This document shows, piece by piece, positions 1 to 12,160 of a stretch of DNA of 64,000 bases. A model generated the notes under the pieces. That model ran no database searches, had not been told where the DNA came from, and saw nothing but the letters and a program-made list of their open reading frames with translations. Numbering within the stretch: position 1 is the stretch's first letter; each line of letters begins with the position of its first letter. The position numbers and the translations under genes are program-made. This DNA is from Mobula hypostoma (Eukaryota). The DNA lies in NCBI RefSeq assembly GCF_963921235.1, contig NC_086118.1, positions 14,634,001-14,698,000 of the forward strand. Direction: 5' to 3'.

Positions 1-430
1 CAAAGAGTTATAAACTTAGCTCCATCATCAGTACTAGCTTCCATAGTATCCAGGACGTCTTCAAGGAGTGATGCTTCAAAAAGGCAGCATCCATCAGTAA
101 AGAACCTCATCATCCAGGACATTTCCTGTTCTCATTGCTACCATCAGGAGGGGAATACAGGAGCCTGAAGGCACACGCTCAATGATTCAGGAACAGCTTC
201 TTCCCTTCTGACATCTGACTTCTGAAAGGACATTGAACCCATGAACACTACCTCACCACTTTCTATTTTTAATTTTGCATTACTTATTTAATTTAACTAT
301 TTAATATGTAAGTACCTACAGTAATTCACAGTTTTTTTCCTCTATTATTAAGTATTGCTTTGTACTGCTGCTGCAAAACACTAAATTTCATGACATATGC
401 TGGTGATATTAAACCTGATTCTGATTCTGA
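1..430 (+). mobile_element. Rex1/Babar-like LINE 3' end
   Basis: Decayed coding for a ...PHHPGHFLFSLLPSG.EYRSLKA...FRNSFFP-type C-terminus, followed by a 3'UTR ending in a (TGATTC)n tail. Confidence 0.7.
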
Positions 431-1394
431 AGACTGCATCCTAAGTTTAACTTGGACATCAACACTCAGAAAATACATTCCTTTTTTAATAAAAACATCT
501 AAAGATAGCTTGTAAATCAAGCAATACAGTATTCTTCAGAGGGAGCTGACATAGATCTATTGATTTTTATTCCCTTTAACTTTGCCATCTATTCACAGCA
601 AAGTTCTTAGCTTTTAGGAATCTAGCTATGCAGCATCCTTTTTCTGCAGTAGCAGTTTGGAAACTGGATGTTGTTTATGCTATTTCCAGGTTTATGTCAC
701 TCTGGAAGTTCAACTCACATTTCCTTTACTCATACACATCTGAAGGAATTTCTGGTCAAAATGCGCACCAAACCACATAATTCTGAAGCACCCCAAGGAA
801 ATTAATCTCAGGAATACCTGTCCTTGGGCATTGCTAGGCAACCATCTTAGCATTGCACCTGATCCAAGCTACACTTGGGTAAGTCCTTTACCTATCTCCT
901 CCACTTCAAACCTTCCACCCTAACCTTGGTACCAACACCCTCATTTCTCTGATCCCCAGTCCCATTGAGACTAACCACACACTAATTCACTACTGGCCAA
1001 TCCTCCACTGAGCATATGCACCTAACCATTACCTCCAGACAGCAGAAGGCTTGAATATCTAACCAGCATTCATCTAACCAAGTCCATTATGCCTTCAGTA
1101 TCTGGCCAGTTCTCTCCTCAGCTCTTGATCAGTCTTTTGAAAGTCCACCAATCACCCGTGGAGATAACTAATTATGAGTCCTCTCTCACCTTTGACCCCT
1201 CTTGGACAGAATTATGGAATAGGCAAAAAAGACTGGTGGAACTCAGTGGGTCAGACAGTATCTGTGAAGGGAAATGAGCAGTCAGCATTTTGAGTTGGAG
1301 CTCTACCTAGACTGAGAGAAGGGAGACAGTTGGTATAAAGGGGTAAAGGGAAGGGATGGAGCAAAACCTGGCAAGAGATATGTAGATACAGGGG

Positions 1395-2185
1395 TTGCCA
1401 TTCCTAGGAGAAGGTGCTTGCGAAACTGAAAGGTCTGAAGGTAGATTAGTCACCTGGACCTGATGGACTACACCCAAGGACTCTGAAAGGTGTGGCTGAA
1501 GAGATTGGGAAGCATTAGTAATGATCGTTCAAGAATCAATAGATTCTGGCATGGTTCTGAAAGACAGCAAAATTGCAAATGGCACTCACAAAGGGGCAGA
1601 AGAAAGGAAACTATAGGCCAGTTAGTCTGGCCTAGTGGTTGGGAAGATGTTGGAGTCGATTGTTAAGGATGCAGTTTTGGGGTACTTGGAGTCACATGAT
1701 AAAATAAGGCCATAAGATATAGAAGCAAAATTAGGCCATTTGGCCCATTGAGTCTGCTCTGCCATTTCATCATGGCTGATCCATTTTCCCTCTCAGCCGC
1801 TATCTCCTGTCTTCTCCCTGTATCCCTTCATGCCTTGACTATTCAAGAATTTATCAACCTCTGCCTTAAGTATATCCAGTGACGGCCTCCACAGCTGCCT
1901 ATGGCAACAAATTCCATATATTCACCACTCTCTAGCTAAAGATGTTCTTCATCTCCATTCCAAAAGGACGCCCCTCTATTTTGAAGCTTAGACTCTCCCA
2001 GCATAGAAAACATCCACTGCACATCCACTCTACCGAGGCCTTTCAAAGTTTGATACCTTTCAATGAGGTCACCCCTCAGTCTTCTGAATTCCAGTGAATA
2101 CAGCCCCAGAGCCATTAAATGCTCTTTATATAATAAACCATTCAATCCCAGAATCATTTTCGTGAGCCTCCTTTGAACCATCTCA
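1395..2185. mobile_element. Two CR1 LINE fragments: + RT fragment (~1395-1710) abutting a - strand 3' end (~1711-2185)
   Basis: The + piece encodes a KLKGLKV..SPGPDGLHP motif. The - piece is ORF 1936-2217 (LGLYSLEFRRLRGDLIE), with the CR1 3' tail at ~1711. Confidence 0.85.
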
Positions 2186-2199
2186 CCTGATTGATCATC

Positions 2200-2520
2200 C
2201 CCTGCAATGATATCCAAAATGGTGTACTGTTATTGTGGGGAACACCTCGAAAGGTACTCTGTACTCTCTGCCCATTCCCTTTCCCTCTCCCTCTCCTGAC
2301 AAGTCACCCAGCTACCTGCCTCCTGCAACACTGATGTGGCTGCCTTCCTATAGCTTCTATCTCTCTACTCCTCATTCTCCCAAATGATCCATCGGTCATC
2401 TAGCTGTAGCTCCAGTTTCCTAACATGCTCTGTAAGGGGCCACAGATGAATGCACTTCTCATACATAGATTTAATCATCGGGAACACTGGAGGTCTCCCT
2501 GATTTCCCACATTGTGCAGT
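2200..2520 (-). mobile_element. CR1 ORF1 remnant
   Basis: The reverse strand reads MWEIRETSSVPDD...KCIH...VRKLELQLDD, typical of CR1 ORF1 N-termini. Confidence 0.6.
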
Positions 2521-2659
2521 GGAGCACACGCTGCCCTGAGATACATTCTCACTACTCTACCAACGCAGTAATGAAGAAACTTAACCGAAATCTCAACCTA
2601 CCCTCCTGCTCTTCTCATCAAAACTTCTTGATGCAGTGGCTCAGTTCCCCACTGTAACT

Positions 2660-4820
2660 GAATAAATGCAAGAGGAATAAAGTTAATGAGCTGGAATTAT
2701 ATGCAAGTGTGTATAAGTGTGATATAATAGCAATACTGGAAACCTAGCTGACCTCAAAGGATGGTGATGAATTTAGTATTAAACATTATACTTTATTTAG
2801 GAAAGATAGACAAGATCATGAAGGTGGACGAGTAGCCATATACATAAGAGAGGACTTAAACATGAGGCTGCTTATGATAGGAGATGAATTGAGACTTGGT
2901 GAAGATATCTTTGTTAAAATTGAAAGCTATAAGGATAAAGGAATAATATTGGGTGTATGTTAGACCTGCTAATGCTGATAGTGATTTTAATAAACACACA
3001 CAAAATAGTGGAGGAACTCAGCAGGCAAGACAGCATCTGTTGGAAAAACGGAAACATTTGACGTTTCAGGCTGAGACCCTTCATCGGAATATCTGGTAGG
3101 AAAGAATAGTCAAGGAGTAAGTTAAGTGTATTAGAAATAATAGTGGGGTTTTAAATTATTCATAGAAGAACATACTCTTAACTCATATTTAGCTAAAGTA
3201 TTCACCTGCAAAGATGTTAGTAAAATGCAGTAAGTAGAGAGAAAAATAGCATTGTTTTAAGTGACATAGATATCTTAGAAACTGAGATCCTGCTTCAGTT
3301 AAATGTCCAGGGTCGGACAACATACATCCAAAGGTACTTAAAGAGCTCTGTGATGATATATTTATAATATATATTATATATATATAAACCCCTAACATGT
3401 ATTTTTCCAAAAGTTATTGAAGACTAGTGAAACCCCTCCCTAAGGACCGGAAATGGGCTAACGTTGTCCCAGTACATGAGAAGAGTGACCTCACTGACCC
3501 TGGTAACGATAGACCAGTAAGCTTAACGTGCATTGCAGGCAAGATAATGGAAACAATGATAAAGAATGAGATGGAAAAGCAGCTGATAAGAACAGGCATG
3601 TTAGCAGAAAGTCAGCATGGGGAAATCATGTTTTACCAGTACACTGGAGTTCTATGAAGAGACAATTAAAAGTTGTGATAATAATAGAGCCATCAATATT
3701 ATTTTACTTGGACTTACAGAAGGCTTTTGACAAGGTAACCCCCAAGTGGTTAATTGTCAACTTACAGGAGGTAGGAATATCAGGGTAAGATGTGTGAATG
3801 GGTGCAGAATTTGCTCAAAAGCAGGAAACTATGAGTTATGGTGAGAGGATCATTTTCACACCTAGTAAATGTTGAAAGTGGTGTTCCGTAGGGATTGGTT
3901 TCTGGGCTTCTGCCGTTTTTAACTTACATTAATGATTTGGATAAGCACATAACAAACTAGTAAAGTTTGTCAACGATACAAAATTAGGGGGACGGGCTGA
4001 CAACATTCAAGCAGCAGGATCCATATAGTTAGATCCAATCAAAAACCAGATGTGGGCAGATGAATGGCAGATGAAATTTAATGTAAGTAAATGTAAAATA
4101 TTACCTGTTGGAAGTAGAAATATTAGATACAAATACACAATGAGGGTCTTGAGTTAGAAAGCGCACTGTAAGAGAAGGATTTGGATGTCCTGGTAGACTC
4201 ATCACTATCAACATCCAGACAATGTACAGAAGCAATTAGGAAGGCTAATAGAATGTGGGGTATATAATACGCTCAGTGGAGTTCAGGTGATGAGATGTTC
4301 TTGAGTTGTATAATGCGCTTGTGAGGCCACACCTTGAATACTGTGTAAAATTTTGGTTTCTATATTGTGTGAGGGACGTGAAGGCACTGGAGAGAGTCCA
4401 GAGAAGGGTGACTAGACTCATTCCAGGTCCGCATGGTATGAGCTATGAAGAAAGATTGAATGAATTAAATCTTTTTAGCCTAAGCAGAGGTAGAATGAGA
4501 GGAGGCATGAAAGAAGTGTTCAAAATCATTAAGGGTACAAGTACAGTAGATGCCTACTGCTACATCAAAAATAATCCATCAACCAGGACACGGGACCAAA
4601 GGTAGAGACTGGTTAAAGGGAGATTTCAGACTAACATCAGGAAGCATTTTTTACACAGCAAGTTGTGGACACATGGAACAAACTACTTAGTTGTGTAGTT
4701 GAGAGTAATACCTTAGAGAATTTCAAATCTAAACCCGTTTGTTATTTCAACACACTATGTGAAAAGGAATTTGGCAAGCTTTGTCAGGCCGAATGACTTA
4801 AGCTTTCTAATGTTCTAACC
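2660..4820 (+). mobile_element. Decayed CR1 ORF2 (AP endonuclease + RT), internally deleted, interrupted by a Penelope terminus at ~2993-3090
   Basis: ORFs 3427-3657 (WANVVPVHEK...DPGNDRPVSLT) and 4306-4605 (YNALVRPHLEYCV); the tail ttctaatgttctaa lies at ~4818. Confidence 0.85.
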
Positions 4821-5249
4821 CTGTCCCACTCCACCAATGGCTGTTCTACTTAAATCTAACTTCTTTTTATTTGCCTTTGCCAGTTGCATAATTAACCAAT
4901 CAACTTAATACTGAACAGAAACTCCAGACAGGCTCCGTTCTTTAATTCTCCTCTTTATCATGATAAGTAATGGTTCCTGATACTCTAAACTAGTTTAATA
5001 GAGGATATACTAGGTCTACAACTGTAGGTTACACCTACTCTTTTTAGTTCCCATACTTTTAATCATAGACACTTCTTTCATTTGTTCACCTCCGTATCTT
5101 GGAAATTTCCTTAACATCTTACCCTTTCTACATTTCCTCTCTTCCTTAAAGCTGCACATCACATACCTCTCCTAATGTCTCCTGATACATCATAATGCCT
5201 CTTTGAAGTTGTCCACACGATGGGCCTCAGATATTTTTGCTACTTCTCT

Positions 5250-5822
5250 CGGAGGACCCCGCTGGTCAGGGTGAACCATGGATGTTGCATCCTAGTTCTC
5301 TAGATACGCAAGCCGGGCAGTACGATGTGGCAAGCAAGCTGTTGCCTATGTAGCAAGCTCCTCCTCTCCATGCATCTAATAAACCCAAGGGGAGAGCAGA
5401 GGCCTATTCAGTCCAGCACCAGTAGCCTCACAAGACTTGCCAGTCAATGTTGTAGTCAAAGTAGGACTGCTTTAGGGACTCAAGCTGTGCATTTTTCCCT
5501 CAGGGTTTACTCCCGAAGCCTTCCCCATGAGTAGGTATTGCGGAGGTTTGAAATCAGAGTTTACCTTTTCCTAGGTGAGCTGCCAACCACAGCTTAAGAG
5601 TCCCACCTGCCCAAAGCGACTATTTTTAAGGCACCAGTAACTCGCCTTTGCCCCTTCTCCTGTCAGTAGAAAGGGTTCCACCAGGCTTAGTAGCTAAGCC
5701 ACACGTGAAGCTCAGGAGCCGGACTTAGTTGTCAGAGGCTATTTGAGATGCATGGCACGGGGAGCATTTAATAGGTAGTGGGAGCTTGGCTCGATTACCA
5801 CTCCCAGATAACCTTTGACTAC
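5250..5822 (-). mobile_element. RTE-clade LINE 5' region
   Basis: Homologous, in opposite orientation, to 50930-51330 (shared aagctcccacta, caaatagcctctgaca and ctactgacaggagaagggg). Resembles RTE/BovB-type 5'UTRs. Confidence 0.6.
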
Positions 5823-8195
5823 TTAATAGATAGTATATAAATCAGGTTTGTAATATTTTGAGTTACCAGAGTTCCATATCATTTCACCTTTATTCGGAAA
5901 GATAAATACCTTAGTACTAGGATTCAAAACCAAAGTCGATACAGTATTATTCTGTTCAACCACTGAGAATAGAGTTAAGTGACAGGGAACTACATTCCAC
6001 ATCAAAAGGCTAAATACAATGTCACTTCTGCATCTCCATCTGGCAGCAGATGAAACAGTTTTTGCAGTTGCTGCCTCTGTGATTTATGCTGACTTGGTGG
6101 GGTGGAACTGATTGCAGACGGCGGCGCCAGGCACAGGTGAGTCCGCTCAAATATTCTAATTAAACTGAAGGATGGGGGGAGTGAAAAGCACTTTGTGTAA
6201 AACTGTCCAGTATTAGAACACTGGCCGGGGGAAGTGGAAATGAGGATTTCTGTCTGTGATAATGATGTTTATCTTTTAAATAATTTGTTCAAATAGAGTT
6301 GTCTGTATAATACTACACATTAAGAGCAAGAATGGTTCTGATTTGTCATTGTGAAGCTAACTTATGGAGGGCCTTTTTCAAGAAGTGTATTGCTGTAAGG
6401 TTTTAAAAAGGGAGCATATCAAATTGGTATTTAAGGACAACTTGCGTAATGGGAGGTCTCGTCCCAAAACGTCAGCTGTTTATTGCTTTCCATAGAAACT
6501 TCCTGCTGAGTTCCTCCAGCATTTTGTGTGTGTTGCTCTGGATTTCCAACATCTGCAGAATCAATTGTGTTTATAATGGGATATTCCAACTTCATGTCCT
6601 TGGCACCAGATCGTGCTGAATTCTGTCCACCTGTGCTTGCCGTGGGTGGCTGGATGAGCTGTCCCACTGCATCTGAAAGGCACCCACGGAGGCGAAGCAT
6701 ACCCCTACTGGCAGTGCCCCCTAATCCTGACCCTGAGACACTCCTATCAACAGCTTTTGAAACTTTTGTATAAGTATCTCTGAGCAAGCGGCTTAAAAGA
6801 GATTTGAACTGAGTCATTTAAATTATGTTTTTTTATTGCAGTTTATAGCACTCTAAACAACTAAAAGCATTGAATTGATAAAATAAGTCAAATGCCTTTT
6901 GCCACAGTGTTGTGTGAAACAGTAACCATTTGCATGCTGGGGCTCTCCATTTGTAATAGTTAGGGGCCAGGAGCAATGCATCCAAACTCCTATTTCAGCT
7001 TGACTGTGCTCTGCTATTGAGCTGAGTGGTGAGCCTAATGACAGGGGGAGGCAATTATACTGGCATCTGACCTCTGAACTTTTGTCATTGGCTGAGGGTG
7101 TACCTGTTGCTGGTAGGATCTGAACGCTCTTCTCCCGCTTCCATTTCTCCTGTATTGCACCAACACTGCAGTCCTCAATGTGGCCTCTTAACATAGACAA
7201 TTCCTTTGGAACCATGGGCTACCAGTTAGCTTGAATCTGTTGACATTGCTACCATATCTGTGTTTTTATGTGCATGCATAAACCTGGAGATGTATTAAAT
7301 GCAGCATTGTCCAAAGCAAATTGTGTAAAATGGAACTGACCTCATCTCCTTGCATTGTTCTGTTACAATTGCTGCATTTGAAGGTGCAATTTTTAACTTG
7401 AATCCACTCAGCTGCAGCAACTGTGAGGTTTGAAGTTTCCATTTTAGTCCAGGTATCGAGAGGCTTTGGTAAAGATACAGTCTGTCATAATGTGAGCACC
7501 CACCAAAAGCTCTGCAGCAATAATCAAAGTCAATCCACCATTTACAATAACTATTTTTAAAATAATCATTGACAGTCTGAGAGTTTTTACTTTAAAGATG
7601 TTCATCACATCCTGGTGTCAGCTGTAGACTTGTAACTAAGATTTTGTTTTCTTTGTTGAGCATGGAGCACAGAATTATTTTGCTCAGAAGCCTCCACAAA
7701 TATTTATGCATGACAGAATAGTATCTGATGATACACACAAAGTGAGACAAGGGATTAAGAGTGATTCCTTTGGAAGATCTGTAGAGCAAGGAATGCTCTG
7801 CCATGAAGTGATAGATTTTAAAGTTAGTGGAACAGAGTGGTGCAGTGAGAATAATTTGAGCCAAGAGCCAACAAAGAAATGTTGGGTCAAATCACCACCT
7901 CCTCCAGTGTTGACCCTTGCTGATTCTTGTTCTCTGTGTATAATTAAAATTATGGTGGGAAAGTTGTCTTTATAAGCTCTTTCTAATGACTTCCCATTCG
8001 AATCTTGGAAATGTCAAACTATGAAGCAGAAGAGTGCTACCGACAACATGTGAAGTTGGTCAGATGGAAAGGTGATTTGCTACAATATTTTGTCGTAGAG
8101 AATTGGGAAGGAAAGTCATACTGAAGATGGGTCCAGTTGCAACCTCAAAGGGTAGACAGGATATGAATAAAAGACAAGAATCATTTTTGCAACTA

Positions 8196-10027
8196 TAGTA
8201 CTATGCAAACGTCTTAGGCATCATAGATTTTTAATATATATATTGTTGTAGATGTTTATTTTTTTGTCTCTTGCCTAGAGTGTCAGTAGAAAAGAGCAAG
8301 TTTTAGATTTCCAAAAATTCATTTTCCAAAAAGTTAAATATTGCAGAGAAATGGTTATATTTTATTTATTTATTGGGATACAGTGCAGAATAGGCCTTTC
8401 CAGCCCTTTGAGCTACACCACCCAGCGATCTCCCCCCACCCCCATTTAATCTAAGCCTAATCGCAGGACAATTTACAACAATCAATTACCCTACCAACCA
8501 GTATGTCTTTAGACTCTGGGAGGAAACTGGAGCGTCCAGAGGAACCCCATCTGGTCAAGGGAAGAAAATTCAAACTCCTTACAGACAGTGGTGGTAATTG
8601 AACCCAGGTCATCTGTAATGTAGAGCATTGTGCTAATCACTATGCTACTGTGCTGCCCCTTTATTAATGCAGGCAACACATACAAGTAATAGACTTCTTT
8701 TCAAATAACAACATGATTACTTTGTAGATATATAACCCAGTGCATTATTAAACAAAGGTAACAAACAGAATATTAATGATCAATGGCATAATGAATTGAA
8801 TGAACTAAACTGATTAACTGAAGCAAAAACTTAAAAGGAATTAAGCTGGATGAAGGACAACCTAGCTAAAAGGAGGGACAGATGTAACAGCTTAGCCTTC
8901 AAGTCATCAATTCTTACACAAGATGTGAAGAGCATAGAATCATGACACAACCTGCATCAGCAAGGTCTCTCCCAAGCAGAAATTTCGCAGCAGACAGGAG
9001 TTTTAATATGTTCTGTCCAAGCTCTCTAAAAGAAGCTCAGAGAAACGGGCAAGGTTGAGAACCAGCAGTGCAGTGATAGGCCATGGAAACAATGCAGCAG
9101 ATAAGAGGTACATCAAACTGCTGTCTCTTCTAAATCTGAAGAAGTCCTGCACTGCTCTCAGCTCTGAACTCACGGGAACCACTGGAACCCAAGTACTTCC
9201 TTCTATACTCCAGAGAAATCTTGTCAAATGTGGTCTTCATGGAAGACTTGCTGCCAAAAGGCCATTCCTCCAAAGTGGAAACAAGACCAAGAGACTCACC
9301 TACATACAAAAACACAAGGACTGAGGTGCTGAACAATGGCAGCAAGCGCTCTGGACTGACGAGTCAATATTTGAACATTTTGGCTCAAGGCAGGTTGTGC
9401 GCAGAAGAGCTGGAGAGTGCTACTTGGATGATTGTCTACAGCCAACGATAAAGCACGGTGGAGGTTCCCTGCTGGTTTGGGACTGCACTTATGCAAATGG
9501 AGTTGGTGATCTGGTCATAATTAATGGAATCTTCGATGCTGAGAAGTACAAGCAGATTCTTATCCATCACATAGTACCATCAGGGAGGCGCCTCATCAGT
9601 CCCAACTTCATTCTGCAGCAGTAGAGTGACCCCAAACTCACGGCCATGGTCACAAAAGAACAATCTTCAGTGGAAAGAAGAACAAGAAATTTTGCAGCAG
9701 ATGGGATGGCCTCCACAGAGCCCTGGGATTACTTGGAGAGATAAAAGCAAATGAGACAGCCAAAGTCTGCAAAGAACTGTGGCAAGTTCTCCAAGATGCT
9801 TCAAGTAACCTACCAGCTAATTTTCTTATAAAACTGCAAGACAAAATACCTAAGAATTGTTTCAGTTTTAAAGGCGGTTATACCAAATATTGATTTGATT
9901 TAGTTATTTACTGTTTACAGCTCTTCATAATAATTTTTTATATTTAGAATCTTTTCATTTCATTATTTTTGAAAACATCTTCACTTTACAGAATTTTTAA
10001 TGTGCTTAATGCTTTTGCACAATACTG
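8196..10027 (+). mobile_element. Tc1-like DNA transposon with dead transposase, interrupted by a SINE
   Basis: TIRs TA|tagtactatgcaaa and tttgcacaatactg|TA. Transposase remnants in ORFs 9055-9324 (GLHGRLAAKRPFL) and 9397-9624 (TIKHGGGSLLVWDC...FILQQ). Confidence 0.9.
8355..8660 (-). mobile_element. tRNA-derived V-SINE (HE1-like) nested in the Tc1 element
   Basis: The reverse strand shows A/B boxes (gggttcaatt), the V-domain ggtttcctcc-like motif and an (aata)n tail. Confidence 0.75.
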
Positions 10028-10854
10028 TAATTTTTACACTTGATCAGTCCAGGAAAAGAAGGCACATTACAAATGCAGCCCCTTATTCAAAGTATCTTCA
10101 GATATTTTCAGTGAGATAACCAGATTCCCAATAAGCGGAGAAAGGTAACCAAGGATAGGTGGGAATTTGGAGCTGAGGTGAGCCATGATCTTCTTATTGA
10201 AGATGGTGCAGACTTGAGAAGCTGCTGCCTATTTCCATTCAAAGATTATCAAAGTGTGATGAGCAGTATATCCATTTCAGATTTTAATTATCTCAATATT
10301 ATGAATTGATCTGTAGGTGTAATTTTACTAAGCACTGAGTAATTATTCATGTAAGGTTTTAATTTTAAGTTCATGCGTTATCCCAGTTGATGCAGGAAAC
10401 ATGAGAGTTTTCTTCTTTGTTGCACTACAGCCTTTAAATGAGTGTGAAATGTTTGCACTGTATGAGATAAAGAATAGCTGTGCAGCACAAGACAGCAGTG
10501 TAAGTAACATCTGATACCAAGGATATTGCTGTAACAGTTTATAACTGTCACCACGAACATAAAGGAAAATTACAAAGTCTTTATTTGCCTGTGGGGTTCA
10601 GGAAGTGATTTATTTTGGATAACTTAGATAGCAGCGACTATTGTAAAAGATTAACATGGAATGATATACAATTGCCTGAAGAACAGTGAGCAAAGCTGAC
10701 TATGATTTTTGGGTTACAAGAATATCTGATAAATGACATCAAGTTCTAGTGTCAATTTCTATTGCTTTAAATTATGATTCAATAGTTTATTCAGTAATGA
10801 ATGTTCAGCTATGCAATCCTTTACCTTTGGATCCCATGCTTACCATTTCATTTG

Positions 10855-12160
10855 CTGTAGAACAGAAGGAGTCAGGAGTACAAGTAAATAATTCTCTAAA
10901 ACGGGCGTCACAGGTAGACGAGATGGTGAAGAAGGTTTTTGACATATTGGGCATTGAACAGAGAAGTTAGAATATTATGTTCCAGTTGTACGAAACATTG
11001 GTTAGGCTATATTTGTTTTGGTCACTCTGCTATGAAAAAGGTACCATTAAGCTAGAAAGACTGCAGAGGAGATTTATGAGAATTTTGTTGAGACTCGAAG
11101 GAGAGGACAAGCAGATAGGGATGTTTTTCATTGGCGTGTAGGAGAATGAGGGGTCATTTAATTCATTCATTATGTGCCATGTTGTAAGACATGGACAATC
11201 ATGGTCTTTTGATGACCATGATTGTTCTGGGCAAATTTTTCTACAGAAGTGATTTGCCTTTGTCTTCTGGGCAGTGTCTTTACAAGACATGTGACTCCAG
11301 CCATCAGTAATCACAAAATGAGGACTTGTGATACACACCAGCTGTTCATTTCACCATCTACCACTTGCTCCCGTAGCTTCACATGACCCCAATCGGCGGG
11401 GGGGGGGGGGGAAGGTGAGGGGACAGGGGTCTAAGCAGGTGCAACACCTTGCCCAATAGGCTAGCAGTGGGAAGGAGTCCCTGACACTTACTGTGGTAGA
11501 GACGTATCTCCACCCCACCACCCAGGTGATTTAATAGAGGTATATAAAATCATGCGTCATAAACAGGGCCAGTCTTTTTCCAGGATTGGGGAATCAAGAA
11601 TTAGAGGACATATGTTTTCTATCTTAAAATCACTAAATTAAATCAAAAACACACACGAGTCCAAAATGCAGGTCTAACTTTGTCTTTAAGCGAGGCGGAC
11701 TTGATTCACGTGGTATTTTTACATATAAGTTATAATTAATTATTTAAATGAACAAGAATGCTTAATCAAACTACTGTATATACAAGATTACTCAAACCTT
11801 ATTGAAATATTAAATACTCAACACTCCTCCCTGATTAGCTATGAGCTCCAACTATCGAGAATGCATCCCATTTATATACAGAGTATATTATATAATGCCA
11901 CTAGGTTTAAGGTGAGGGGGCAGAGATCTAATAGGAACTTGATGGGCAACTTTTTTAGCCAGGGAGTAGTCAGTATGTGGAATGAGCTGCCAGAGGAAGT
12001 GGTTGAAGCAGGTAGATCAACAGCATTGAAAAGGTACTTGGACAGGTGTACGAATAGTAAAGTATTTGAGGGAGATGAGCAAGTGGGACTTGCTGAGGTG
12101 AGAATCATGGTCAGCATGGATCAGTTGGGCTGAAAGGGCTCGTTCTGTGCTGTATGAATC
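10855..12160 (+). mobile_element. CR1 3' fragment split by an RTE-type SINE (~11158-11524) and an LTR-like piece (11613-11902)
   Basis: CR1 coding resumes on each side of both inserts (gagggg...gtgatttaatagagg; gaggacata...ggtttaagg). ORF 11861-12133 reads GNFFSQGVVSMWNELP. Confidence 0.8.
11158..11524 (-). mobile_element. RTE-tailed SINE; further copies at ~13365-13676 and ~41248-41592
   Basis: Three alignable copies share the BovB/RTE-like 3' motif gtttgccattgccttcttctgggca and a (tga/tgaa)n tail. Confidence 0.7.

Noticed and set aside
6431..7215. Minus-strand ORFs of 128 and 120 aa as a nested gene
   Set aside because: No recognisable domain or splice structure, and the first runs into a PLE repeat.
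7405..7630. MEF2-like site ctatttttaa (7551-7560) with nearby CAGCTG E-boxes as a muscle enhancer
   Set aside because: Such short motifs are expected by chance in AT-rich DNA, and I have no conservation data.
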